Of a stretch of 64,000 nucleotides of DNA, positions 11,639-24,026 are shown one piece after another. The stretch is from NCBI GenBank assembly GCA_964019335.1, contig OZ025666.1, positions 248,001-312,000 of the forward strand. The letters are read 5' to 3'. Every line of letters starts with the position of its first letter. Positions within the stretch are counted from its first letter, which is position 1. The stretch is from Diplonema japonicum (taxonomy: Eukaryota; Protista; Euglenozoa: Diplonemea). A program made the translations under genes and the position numbers. The notes beneath the pieces were generated by a model that was given only the letters and a program-made list of their open reading frames with translations, did no database searches and was not told the DNA's origin.

Positions 11639-12202
11639 ATGGTTCGCAAGTACCGTGAGTTCGGCAAGGTCTACAAGAACCCCCGTCGTCCGTTCGAGAA
11701 GGAGAGGTTGGACAAGGAGCTGAAGCTTGTTGGTGAGTACGGTCTCAGGTGCAAGCGTGAGGTTTGGAGGGTTGCCCTTACCCTTGCCAAGATGAGGAAG
11801 TGTGCCCGTACCCTTCTGACCCTTGACGCCGACTCTGAGCGTCGTGTCCTTGAGGGTGGTGCCCTTCTCAGGAGGTGCCTCAGGTACGGTCTCCTTGACC
11901 AGGAGCACATGAAGCTCGACTACGTGCTTGGTCTGACCCTTCAGGACTTCTTGGAGCGCCGTCTCCAGACCCTTGTGTTCAAGCACGGTCTTGCCAAGTC
12001 CATCCACCACGCCCGTGTGATGATCCGTCAGCGTCACATCTGCGTTGGCAAGCAGATGGTCACTGTCCCCTCTTTCTGGGTCAGGACTGACAGCGAGAAG
12101 CACATTGACCTCGCCCCCACCTCTTCCCTTGGTGCTGGTGGCCCCGGCCGTGTGAAGCGTTCCAGGAAGACCAGCGGCGGCGGTGGTGGTGACGAGGAAT
12201 AG
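11639..12202 (+). CDS. RPS9: 40S ribosomal protein S9 (uS4), copy 3
   Basis: Same 187-aa protein as copy 1. Confidence 0.97.
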   Translation: MVRKYREFGKVYKNPRRPFEKERLDKELKLVGEYGLRCKREVWRVALTLAKMRKCARTLLTLDADSERRVLEGGALLRRCLRYGLLDQEHMKLDYVLGLTLQDFLERRLQTLVFKHGLAKSIHHARVMIRQRHICVGKQMVTVPSFWVRTDSEKHIDLAPTSSLGAGGPGRVKRSRKTSGGGGGDEE

Positions 12203-12296
12203 ATCCATGGCTAAAGGACACAATGATAGCTGAATCATTTATTTTACCAAGCATTTACACCGCAAACCTTACTACAGATAAACTACAACATCAAAA

Positions 12297-12860
12297 ATGG
12301 TTCGCAAGTACCGTGAGTTCGGCAAGGTCTACAAGAACCCCCGTCGTCCGTTCGAGAAGGAGAGGTTGGACAAGGAGCTGAAGCTTGTTGGTGAGTACGG
12401 TCTCAGGTGCAAGCGTGAGGTTTGGAGGGTTGCCCTTACCCTTGCCAAGATGAGGAAGTGTGCCCGTACCCTTCTGACCCTTGACGCCGACTCTGAGCGT
12501 CGTGTCCTCGAGGGTGGTGCCCTTCTCAGGAGGTGCCTCAGGTACGGTCTCCTTGACCAGGAGCACATGAAGCTCGACTACGTGCTTGGTCTGACCCTTC
12601 AGGACTTCTTGGAGCGCCGTCTCCAGACCCTTGTGTTCAAGCACGGTCTTGCCAAGTCCATCCACCACGCCCGTGTGATGATCCGTCAGCGTCACATCTG
12701 CGTTGGCAAGCAGATGGTCACCGTCCCCTCTTTCTGGGTCAGGACTGACAGCGAGAAGCACATTGACCTCGCCCCCACCTCTTCCCTTGGTGCTGGTGGC
12801 CCCGGCCGTGTGAAGCGTTCCAGGAAGACCAGCGGCGGTGGTGGTGGTGACGAGGAATAG
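12297..12860 (+). CDS. RPS9: 40S ribosomal protein S9 (uS4), copy 4
   Basis: Same 187-aa protein as copy 1. Confidence 0.97.
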   Translation: MVRKYREFGKVYKNPRRPFEKERLDKELKLVGEYGLRCKREVWRVALTLAKMRKCARTLLTLDADSERRVLEGGALLRRCLRYGLLDQEHMKLDYVLGLTLQDFLERRLQTLVFKHGLAKSIHHARVMIRQRHICVGKQMVTVPSFWVRTDSEKHIDLAPTSSLGAGGPGRVKRSRKTSGGGGGDEE

Positions 12861-12954
12861 ATGTTGGTTTAATGAACTTTTTTAAGGGATCAATTTATTT
12901 TACTGCAAAACTTCACCCACATTAGTCCCGCACAGGTAATACAACAAAGGCAAA

Positions 12955-15900
12955 ATGAGCGAACTCATGAAACCCGGCACCAAGGTGTTCTATGTGAACC
13001 CTACCTCTGGCTGGGCCATCGGTACTCTTATTGAGTATGGGAAGAAGTGCAAGGTCGATGGTGAGGGCGGCCCATACACTGTGATCCAGGACGAGGTTCA
13101 CTTGCACACTGACGGTGCGTACGACAGGAGCTTCCAGAACTTGTTCTCGATGGGTGACCTCCACCAGGCTACACTTCTGTACTGCCTGAAGGGACGTTAC
13201 GAGGAAGACGGAATGATGTTCACCAGGATGGGTGAGATCATCATCTCGATCAACCCTTTCTGCTTCAAGGAGTACAACAGCAGGGAGGCCATGGAAGATC
13301 ACACCAAGAAGGAGAAGTGGGCCCAGCCCCACACCTGGGAGGTCGCTCACCAGGCGTACAAGAAGATCATTGTCATGGACCGCAACAACCAGTCCATCCT
13401 GATCTCCGGTGAGTCCGGTGCCGGGAAGACCGAGACCGCCAAGACGCTTATCGACTACCTTGGTATGATGTCGTCCTCGCACAGCTGCAACGCCGTGCAG
13501 AAGACCCTCGCCGAGGGTGTGAACAAGAAGCTGAAGGCTTCGAACCCTATTCTGGAATCCTTCGGTAACGCCAAGACCTCGCGTAACGACAACTCATCGC
13601 GTTTCGGTAAGTACATCAAGCTGTTCTTCGACAAGGATTCCGGTGTGCTGACCGGTGCTGAGATGGTTCACTACCTTCTGGAGAAGTCCCGTATCGTGAC
13701 CCAGAATGAGGGCGAGAGAGGGTACCACGTGTTCTACGAGCTCCTCGCAGGTGCCACCCCAGAGATGAAGAAGAAGTACCACATCACTGGCAAGCCTCAG
13801 GACTACGCCTGCCTGAGCAAGGGCAACCAGTTCATCCGAGAGCTGAACGGCCACGTCACAGAGGACACTGAAGAGTACAAGCACCTTATGCAGGCCTTCA
13901 AGGACACTGGTATCAGTGACGATCAGCAAGACTCCATCTTCCGTGTGCTGAGTGCTATCCTCAACTTGCAGAACGTGAACTTCGTTACCGACGAGTCCAC
14001 TGGCAAGGCCAAGATCGAAAACCCCGAACTCGTAAAGATTGTCGCGGGGCTCCTGAACTGCAACGAGGAGGCCTTCCACGAGTGCCTCAAGGTTAAAGCC
14101 AAGACCGCCATCATGACTCAGTACGCTGATGTGTCCGAGGCGCAGGACATGAGGGACGCCCTGTCGAAGGGTCTGTACTCTGGTGTCTTCGACTGGTTGG
14201 TCGGGAAGCTTAACACTGTCATCGCCCCTGACAGCAGGAGCAAGCAGAAGAACCTCCGCTACATTGGTCTGCTGGATATCTTCGGTTTCGAGAACTTCAA
14301 GATTAACAGCTTCGAGCAGTTCTGCATCAACTACACCAACGAGTCCCTGCAGAACCATTACAACAAGTACACTTTCGTGCAGGACAAGGAGGAGTGTGAC
14401 GCCGAGGGTATCAAGTGCCCCATTGTGAACTACCCCGACAACGGTCCCTGCCTTGAGATGCTCCAGAAGGACAAGGGTGGTGTGATGGCCCAGCTTGACG
14501 GCGAGTGCGCCTTCAAGCTCGGTACCGACGGTTCCTTCACTGAGAAGGCGTGGGGTACCCACGGTGAGTCTGAGTTCTTCATCAAGCCCAAGGCCACCGT
14601 CCCTGACAGGTTCGGCATTAAGCATTACGCCGCTGACGTGACCTACATGACGGCAGGGTGGCTCGAGAAGAACTCCGACACCCTCAAGGACGAGATGAAG
14701 AAGGTTGTGAACGCATCCACCACTGAGTTCATCGCCGCCCTCCTTGGTGAGGTCGAGGACCAAGTCGGTGGCAAGAAGAAGCCCACTGTCAGCTTCAAGT
14801 TCAAGAAGCAGCTGGAGCAACTGAAGGAAGAGCTGAACTCCACTGACTCTCACTTCATCAGGACCGTGAAGCCCAACCCTCAGATGAAGGCCGGTATCAT
14901 CAACAACGCTTACGTCATGACCCAGCTGACATGCGCTGGTGTGATGGAGACCATCATCATGAAGCGTCAGGGTTACCCCGTCAGGCAGACCCACAAGGAC
15001 TTCTGGCTGAGGTACCGCATCATCGCACCCAAGGATGTGAAGAAGAAGTACCCCGCCGGTACCCACCCTCCCGAAGATGAGATGCCCCAGGCATGCAGGT
15101 CCATCGCGTCCTTCTGGGCTGACATCCTTTACCTGAAGGCACCCCACTTTGACATTGGTCACTCGAAAGTGTTTTCGAAGGCCAAGGTGAACGAGGGTCT
15201 TGAGACTGTGAGGCACAAGAAGGTGAAGACGCTGATGCCAAAGTGCATCCCGTACCTGATCAGGTGGATCCAGGCATACAAGAAGAAGAAGGCCGAGCTC
15301 GAGGAGAAGAGGAGGCTTGCCCAACTGGAGATCCAGAGGGCCGCCGAGGAGGCGAGGAACAGGAAGCCGGGCGATGTAACTTCATCTGGCAGCGGGTTGG
15401 AGTCCGAGAAGGAGAAGCACTTCGCATCCTTCGTGGACCTGTTCCCCCACTTCGACTTGGGTGTCATCCTCAACATCGTCGAAAACGCTCCTACCAAAGA
15501 CCTGGCGATGGACTTCCTGCTCGACATGCAGAAGCAGCGTGTGTCGGAGGCCCTGCCTTCCACCGTTAAGACCGTGTTCGAGGAAGCCAACCTCAGAGCC
15601 TCGACGCAGGAGACGCTGATTGAGAGGGGTGTCACTGACAGGGAGAAGCTCTACGAGCTGTCCTCGGTATGCTGTTGTTGTTGATTTTGTTATCACCTTT
15701 AAAGGACGAGATGGCCGAGATCGGTTTCACCCAAGAGGAGAGGGACAACCTGGCCGGTGTGCTGCTCAGCCAGCAGTCGAACTGGATCGTGAACCAGAGG
15801 CTTAACCTGCTCATGGGCGCCGACGGTAGGGACGAAAAGGAAATCGGTATGAAAAAAAAAAAATGGAAAAAAAAAAACCCCAAAAAACAGAGGAGGACAT

Positions 15901-16431
15901 GGCCATGCTTGAGAAGGCCGCCGCTGAAGTGAAGAAGGACCTTGAGGGACACCTTGCAGGGAAGTACGCCAAGAAGTTCGGCTACAGCGACAACTCGAAG
16001 CTTCCGCCTTCGCAAGATCAGGTAAAATGGTGTTGTGTTTGCGGGAGGAGGGACAAGCCCATGGAACTAAGAACAGGCGGGTGGAAGTGCACCACATGCA
16101 AAGGAATGAAACCCAGCACGGAGGTTGCGGCAAAGTACGCAAGGCTCGGCTTGAAACAACCGCAGAGCAGTACTCCTGCGCCAGCTCCTCCTCGGCCTAA
16201 AGGCTATGCCAAGGCCCCTCCTGGGTCTTGCAGCGTGAAACACCCCGCTGGCACCTTGAAACCACGGGCTGAAACCACAGGTGCAGCCACGCCCCAAGCC
16301 AACCCCGAAGTGGTAAGGCCTTTGCTTTGGGAGGGGGTCAGAAAAATTCCTATTTTTTTTGGAAATGGGGATGGGCTAGGACACGGGATTTTCGAGGGGT
16401 GGGAACAAAAAAAAAAAAAAAGAAATTGGGG

Positions 16432-16464
<33 letters not shown>

Positions 16465-16633
16465 ACACAGATCAAGCGTTTCATCTCCATGGGTTTCACT
16501 GAGGAGAGGGCTAAGGATGCTCTTAAGAGGTCTGGCAATGACGCAGCAAAGGCCTGCGAAATCCTGCTGAGCGGTATGGGAAAAAAAGAAAAGGGAATTT
16601 ATTTTTTTTTAAAATTCATATACAGGGGCATAA
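12955..16633 (+). CDS. Unconventional myosin heavy chain with CUE-like, SAM-like and C-terminal UBA domains (resembles kinetoplastid myosin XXI/XIII); 5 exons
   Basis: GESGAGKT, NDNSSRFGK, LLDIFGFE motor motifs. Introns 15667-15704, 15847-15890, 16313-16470 (alternative donor at 16022) and 16574-16625. IKRFISMGFTEERAKDALKRSGND is a UBA motif. TAA at 16631-16633. Confidence 0.88.
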
Positions 16634-17245
16634 AAGAAGCAGCGAACAATTATATTATCCGAGATATTTTGGAGGAAAAAAAAAAGAAAACCACATTTTC
16701 TCTCCCCCCCCCTTCTTTTTTTGTGAACTAGTGTTTACCCCATTCTACATTCTCACCCCATATTTTTTTCTTTTTTTTGCTTGATCCGCTCACCGATTTA
16801 TTTTATTTTCTTCCCCCCCCCTCTTTTTTTACGAGAAAGAATAAATGGTTTCAAAAAAAAAAGTAGGAACGGATAGAGGTGTATGGTGGGTTAATACAAA
16901 AAAAATAGCACAATGGGAATTTTAGAATGGAGATGTAAGTGAAACGAGAAAGGTAGAGGAAAAAGAAAAACGGGGGGGAAACAAGAAAAGAAAAAGAAGA
17001 GAATAAACCAGAATCCCCCCCCCTCCCTCTTTTTCATTCAAATCGACTTTTTATCCTTTTTCTTTTAAAAAAATAGACTTCACTCTAATTGAAATGTCCT
17101 CCTTTTTTTTGTTACATTTTTTTTTTTTCCTCCCTTGAAGGACTTGTGTTTTGAGATGGTGAAGAAACACGAACACTTTTGTTCAACCCCCGTTTTTTCT
17201 TTTTCCAGAATCCCACAGGAGTGTTTTTCTCTATTTTTTTCCCCC

Positions 17246-17276
<31 letters not shown>

Positions 17277-17785
17277 GCGAAACAAATTACTGAAGACCCC
17301 GTTTCCTTCTTTGCCAACGAAATGAGAAATGAAAAAGAAAAAAAAAAAATAAGCAGGAGGTAAAGAAATACACGTTTGCTGTCTCACTCCCTCCCCCTCC
17401 CAATCCCCATTAAATGCCCCCAACAAACAATGGAAAAAAAAAAAAAATACAGAAATATTATAAAAAAAAACTGAAAATCTCAGCATCCGTAAAAGTAAGG
17501 TGATTGAATAATAATAAAAAAAAAACAAAAAAAAAAAGAGAGAAATGAAGAGAGTGACAGGTTTCTTTCTTGATTTTTCTTTCCCTTCCCCCTCTTTTTT
17601 TTTTTTTTTACTTCTTCTTTTCTCTCTCTTATCTCGTGCCTTGGATTTCTCTTTATTTTATACCCTCGGACCCTCTTCTTTTTTGTTTTGATTTATTTAT
17701 TTCTCGTATCCCCCCCTCCCCATTCCCCTTTTTTCCCAATGTTAGGTGAGCAAGGAACAGAGACACTGCCGTCGAATCTTTAAAG

Positions 17786-17825
<40 letters not shown>

Positions 17826-18308
17826 TGCGCTCAATATGGATCAGGAGTGATCCCAGGAAGTTTTTTTGCACAGGAAAAGGAAAGAAGAAAGAAGAGAAAA
17901 AAAAATAAAAAAAACAGCTTCTTTGGCTCAAAGTTGTCACCTCTCCTTTTCTCTCCCCCGTTTCTCTCTTCCCCCCTTCTTTTTTATTTTTGGGATTTTT
18001 AACCTTTTTTTTCTTTTTCTTTCCTTTCTCTGCAGGGGTTTTTGACTTTTAAAAAAAAAAAACAAAAAAACCAAATTAAAAAAAATACTTTTTCAATAAA
18101 GGAACCTGCCACCCCCCCCCCCCCCCCCCCCCCTCTCCTCCACGTTTTTTTTTCTTCTTTCTCCCTCCTCTCCCCGCTTTTTTTTTCTTCGTTTTTTTTT
18201 TTAAAAACTTATTTTCATGTTGCCACGGTTCGGAACTTTTTTAAAAAAAAACAAGAGGGGGGGAGGGGGTGAGCCCTGAGGGAAAAAAAAAAAAAAGAAT
18301 ACCACATA

Positions 18309-21300
18309 ATGGGATGCTGTGGGGGTAAGGAGGAAGGCACAAAAAGCAAGAACTTGGTCCGGCCCGAAGTAAACAAAAAAATAAAAGAGGAAAACAAAAT
18401 GAGGCTGAACGGCGACAACGCCGCCTCCAAGAAGGGACTGGGTCTTTTCGCAAGCCCCTCCGCAGAGGCGGGACCCACAATGAAGCTAAGATCCGTGACC
18501 TGCCAAGGCTGCGGACAGAAAATGCTCGAACAGCTCCTACCATTCTGCCCCGAGAAAAACAAAGTAACCCTCCGAAACGGGTTACAGTTCACAGATGGGT
18601 CCCCTCTATGCCGCGCCACTGTGAAAGAAACTGTCACAGCAATGCTACGATCCGAAATGCAAGCTTTGAAAGCACACCACAAAGTAAGCCGAGAACAGTA
18701 TTCCGCTGCAAGGATACAACGATGGTGGCGTCGAGTACTCCTTCACCGACTGTGGTTCGGTGCTCTGTTCAACCACCTCTACCGAAAACTCGACAAATGG
18801 CAAGAACGGGATAAAACCCGCCTTCCAGCAAACACCCATATAGATGGCAACAAAGGCCAACCTGAACCAGTTGACCGTACGTTCAGCAACGGCCTGACCT
18901 GGCCGCCAGAAGCACTTCACAACTCCGACGACAAGGATTCCATCGTTAAAGCTGTTGTTGCCATTGTCGGTGATGGGGAAAGACTACCTGCATCGTTTGT
19001 CAAACCGCTTCTTATTGAAGCTGAGGCGCATCTTAAAAAACGAAGCAATATTCAACGAGTGACCCTTGAGGCACACGGGAGCTGTGTCGTGGTAGGCGAT
19101 CTTCACGGCCAGCTTGCCGACCTTCTCCGGATTCTCCGAGAGTTCGGGCTTCCTGATAAAAATCGACATTACGTGTTTAACGGTGATTTCGTGGACCGCG
19201 GCCCGAAGGGCTGCGAAGTGTCCTGTTTGATCCTAACACTGCTCCTCGCCTACCCAGAACAAGTGTTCATGAACCGTGGTAACCACGAAGACGAACCGAT
19301 GTGCGAGAACTACGAGTTCATGGAGGAGGTTCTGAACAAGTACTCCAGCACTAACTATCAAAGGTTTCTTCGGGTGTTCCGTGCCATCCCACTGTGCACC
19401 ATTGTGCACGACGAAGTGTTCGTGGTGCATGGGGGTGTCCCCCGTGATCCTGTCACCCTCGGGGAGATAAACAGTTGTAACCGATTCCGCGACATTCCCA
19501 TGGTGTCCAACAAAGCAGAGACATACACCACTATAGACAAGCGTATGATAGCAGACATGACATGGTCTGACCCTGTAGAGGACGATCCATTCGAAGGCTT
19601 CCCCAAAGGAAAAACGTATATGCACAACATGGACAGGGGAAACGGAATTTGGTACAAAAAGGAGCACACCGAGTCGTTTCTACGCCGCAACGCTTTGCGT
19701 CTTCTCATCCGTTCGCACGAGGCACCGGACCCCGGGTTCGCGTTGCACCACGATTCAATGGCTGTTACAATATTCAGTGCGTCGTACTACGCGGGGATTC
19801 AACGGAACGACGGTGCGGTGGCTGTGATAACATTAGAATCGAAGCAACACCACACATCACCGCAAAGACAAGGGCTGTCAACGGGTAACGTGGTAATTGG
19901 ATTCGACACTTGGAAAGTTTATGAAGAAACAGAAGGGGTCATCGGCGGTCCCGAGGTAGCTCCCGCTCTCCACGGCGCAGGTGTCATACAAGAAGTCCTT
20001 CGCGTAACACGAGACTTCGTCCACGACCACCGACATCGATTAATGACAGCATTCACCTCTCGAGATGAACTACGCCAAGCCGGTGCTGTGGGATGCTTGG
20101 AATGGTCGCACTTCATGCGGGATGTATCAGGATGCTACGACGTCCCATGGGAGTTCATCCGCCCATGGATGGCCGAGGCAGTATGGCCAACCGACACCGA
20201 AGAAGTCCTCGGCACAACATCTATCCCATTCCCCGCGTTTTTAAGACGCTTCGCCGTCCCATTAGAAGACAGACTGTTCAGAAAATGGGCTCCAAACATC
20301 GTCCGATGGATCTGGCACCGTGCTATGAGCACGTCGGTAAGAGGTGACAGACGGTATAGTGATGCACGGGCACTGTTTGACTCCGCGTGTCCGGAGGGAT
20401 GTCTAATGACATATCAACGATTTTTCTCGCTAATCGTGAACGATTTGCAGACGCAACTTTCCAGCGATATCGTCTTCCAATTGTTCTGCTACTTCGACAA
20501 GGAGGGCGGGATGCCGGGCTACCTCCGCAGGGAGAACTGGGAACGACACTTCGAGGAGGCGGAACTCCACGGTGTTCAAACCGACGAAGTCGAAGAAGAA
20601 GAAGAACTAGACGCGGAATGGATTCTTTACGACAACACATTCCACATGTGGGACTACTGGTTGGTCCAACGTCTTCGAGACCATGTTAAAAGATGTGTAT
20701 CACCAATCGCAGCTTTCAAAATGTTCGACAGCGATGGCGACGGTGTACTGGGGATTGAAGATTTAAAATCTGCGATAGATAGATTGGGGTTGAGCAGGTT
20801 ACAATGCCCTGCACGGAGAACTACCTATCAATTTGCAGCCAAGCCTGGGACCCCAAAGGAAGCTATTGAAATGACCGCTGTTGGGGAGCTATTCGGAATC
20901 ACAGATAAAGACGTGAATTTAATCGCTTCGCGAGATCCTGCCACGACAGGGCTTGTCGCCACCATCACTACGTGGCCTCTAAGTAATACGCAGCTTACCG
21001 CTTTGCTTCATAATCTTGATTATGATGGTGACGGGAAAGTTACACTTGAGGATTTTCTCAGGGCTTTTTATGTGGTCGACCTGAATGAGACTGCCGCGCT
21101 GCTCGTGTTCCACGAGCCTATCGTTCCCAAGAAGCATTCTTTCCAGTCGCATTTTTCTCTCGTGAACAGTCCAAGCAGCCCGAAAAAGGTATTTTTTTTT
21201 TTTTTTTTTGAAATTAAAAAATGTATCCCTCTTTTTTTCTCATAGGCTTTAGAACAAGCTTGTGCATCATTTAGAAAAGTAAAAACTCGGTCTGGTTCCA

Positions 21301-21476
21301 TTGCTCTCTCGGAGGTATATCCTGCTGGGAAATCTCTTGACGCTCTTGCGGTATGGGAAAAAAAAAAAAAAAAAATAAATAAAATGAAATAAACCATCCA
21401 GGGTATCCAACTGCTGAGCGATGGCTCCGAATCGGAAGAAGAGGAAGACAAAGCAAACGCTGAGAAGGATGGATGA
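18309..21476 (+). CDS. PPEF: Ser/Thr protein phosphatase with EF-hands (PPEF/rdgC family), N-acylated; 3 exons
   Basis: MGCCG N-terminus (myristoylation/palmitoylation); IQ-like AARIQRWWR; GDLHG, GDFVDRG, RGNHE and SASYY phosphatase motifs; DSDGDG and DYDGDG EF-hands. Introns 21189-21245 and 21351-21401; TGA at 21474-21476. Confidence 0.88.
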
Positions 21477-22291
21477 AAAAAACAATTTTTTTTTTTGATT
21501 TTTTTTTTTCCTCTGTCTGGTAATCAACCTCTCTCCCTGCCGTTCCCTCTTATATGTGTGGGATGTGATCTTTTTTAACTGAAGTATGTATTCTTTGTTT
21601 TTTCTTTGAAGAAACAGGAGAAGGGAAGGAAAAATGGGGAGAGAGAGAGAGGTGAGGAGTAAGCTAGATGTGAACTGCATTCCCTGGATTACTGCAATGA
21701 AAAGAAAGAAAAGAAATCCTTTTTGTAATATTTTCCCTTTTTTTTCTTCTTTTTTAAAGGGCCAACCACCTTCGGTCTTTTATAAAGCCCTTGATGGGGG
21801 GGGGGGGGGGGGGGGGGGGAGAAGGTACTTTTTTGTTTTTGTTTTTGTTTTTGTTTTTTCCTTTTTTTTTTCCTGCTTATCCCCCCTTCTCGAACGGTTT
21901 ACTTTATGAAAAGATTGTGTTTTTTTTTTTGAGTAGAAAATGATTCTGCCTGCATTCCGACTGAAAAAAAAAAGAACGTATTTTTGTGCAAACCTTATGA
22001 GGCTTTTGGCAGAAGCATTTATTTTTTTTTTTCACTAGAAAGAAAATTCTCTTGGGGACTTATACTCTTCCCTGTCCATTCTCTCCATCCCCTCTTCCCC
22101 CCCACCCACCCACCTCCCTTTTTCTTGCATTGCAAAAATATTCACCTCACCTTAAAGAAGGGAGTGAAAACAAAAAAAAAAGAAAGAACAAAGTTCCCCC
22201 CCCCCCTCCCCAGCTGTTATGTGATTTTTTTTTCTTCTTTCAAACTCAAAGAAAATATTTTAAAAAAGGAATTCACTATAAAAAAAAAAAA

Positions 22292-23449
22292 ATGGAACAA
22301 CAAATGGCAGAAATTCGTCGCATGCACGCCGAGAGGGCGAAGATGCAACGGAAGCAAGAAGACACAGAGATGAAAGGCGGAGAACCCGCGGCTAAGAAGG
22401 GAAAGGTGATAGGGGGGAAGTACTTCGCAAACCCACCGAAGCAGATCGGGATGAAGGAGTACGAGTCCCTCATCAACAGGTACCAGCGAATCCAGCGGCA
22501 GAAAAAGTGCGCGATCGAGAAAATCGAGGTTGACTCCGACACGGTGATGTTCTTTCAGTCATTTCTGCGCGCAAGGGAGTTCAAAGTCCAAAGAATAGCA
22601 TACATGTACGGCACTGTCGAGGGCGGGCTGGTCAAATGCCACTGTTGCTACGAACCTGAACAAGAGTCTAGTCAGGACGGGTACAAGGTCCTACCAGACA
22701 ACAGACTTGCCAAGGCTGACGGTATCGCTGCTTTGTTCGGATTGCAACGTGTAGGCGTGCTTGTTTCCGCACCACCGGCAACCCCTTCTGACCCGGTTTT
22801 AACCGCAGAAGAGGTACTTCTTGTTGCGAATGATCAAGCGAAACACGGTTCCCACTGTTGCTTGGTTCAGGTACGGTTATCTGAGGATTTGTCGGAGGTC
22901 AAGGTCGAGGCTTATCAAGCGTCAGCTCAGTGTGTTGAAATTTACAAAGAAGGCACTTTGTCAGCAAACCCAAAGGACACAAAATTGGTAACAAGTGAGC
23001 GAGAATTGGAAGCGGTGCAAGAGGTATGGAAAGAAAAAAAAAAAAAGAAAAAAAAAAAAAAAAAAAAACAGGAATCACAAGGTTCATCTGGGCACAAGGC
23101 ACTCGTTTCCAAACAGCCCACTCACCACGTAGACACAGCGTGGTTCACCGTTCCCGTGCCCATTGGGGGGTTCGAGAGTACTGTTGTGTCCAACCGGTTC
23201 ATCAGGCTAAACCGACCGGGGGAGATCCCTCCTACCTGGGAGAACGTCAAAATTTTCCTGAAAGACCCTAGAAGAGCAGGGAAAGCCTTCGCGGAGCAGG
23301 TCCGCGACTACCAGCTCATCCTATTCCTCTCAAACTGGTTTGATGTGAAACAAGAAATGCCCGCCTTTGTGGCTGCCGCTATGGCTTCTGACCCGCATGC
23401 CATGTCGGGGTTCGAGACCACTATAAAGGCCTACGCGGGAATGATTTAA
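22292..23449 (+). CDS. NPL4: NPL4-family protein (Cdc48/p97-Ufd1-Npl4 cofactor); 2 exons
   Basis: FKVQRIAYMYG, YEPEQ, FGLQRVG, EAYQAS..CVE motifs of the NPL4 MPN-like domain; 48-nt intron 23024-23071. Confidence 0.8.
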   Translation: MEQQMAEIRRMHAERAKMQRKQEDTEMKGGEPAAKKGKVIGGKYFANPPKQIGMKEYESLINRYQRIQRQKKCAIEKIEVDSDTVMFFQSFLRAREFKVQRIAYMYGTVEGGLVKCHCCYEPEQESSQDGYKVLPDNRLAKADGIAALFGLQRVGVLVSAPPATPSDPVLTAEEVLLVANDQAKHGSHCCLVQVRLSEDLSEVKVEAYQASAQCVEIYKEGTLSANPKDTKLVTSERELEAVQEVWKEKKKKKKKKKKKQESQGSSGHKALVSKQPTHHVDTAWFTVPVPIGGFESTVVSNRFIRLNRPGEIPPTWENVKIFLKDPRRAGKAFAEQVRDYQLILFLSNWFDVKQEMPAFVAAAMASDPHAMSGFETTIKAYAGMI

Positions 23450-24026
23450 TGATTTAGATCCCCCCCCTTGCAAAGTGTGCTTTTTATGTTTCTGTCCCCC
23501 TTGCCACATATAGATTTTTTTTTTTTTTTTTTGAATAGACACAAAAAAAAAAGAAAGTGTTTGTTTTTTTTTTTCTCTTCGCAAACCCGGGGAGAGGGGG
23601 GGAGAAAAAGGAAATTTGAGGTATGACATATTGTTGGCTAACTTAAATGTGGCTTTTTTTTTTAATATTTTTTTTTTCCTCCCAGACAAGTGTTTGTGTA
23701 AAGTCTTCTTTTTTCTGGGATTTGTTTCAAAAAGAAAAAAAAAGGGCAGCCCTTCCACCCGTGTCTAGCCAGATAAGTGCCTAGAGGAGCCTTTAAAAAA
23801 TGTCCCCCCCTCCCCCCCTTTGGCTTTTCTGCTGCGACGAATTTTAACAAATTTTTTCCTATGCTTGAGGGTTCCCCCAATCCTTTGGGTGCGTGATCGT
23901 ATTTTTGATCGATTCTTTTTTTTTTTTTTGTCAATTCTTTTCCCTTACATTTTTATTCTGTTGTTATGCAAAACGAAATATTGAAAGTGAGGGGAAAAAG
24001 AGGGCAAAAAAAAAAAAAAAAAAAAA

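Noticed and set aside
13594-15324. 576-aa antisense ORF, and similar ones opposite RPS9, BiP and the TDAP repeat
   Set aside because: Shadow ORFs produced by strong codon bias on the sense strand.
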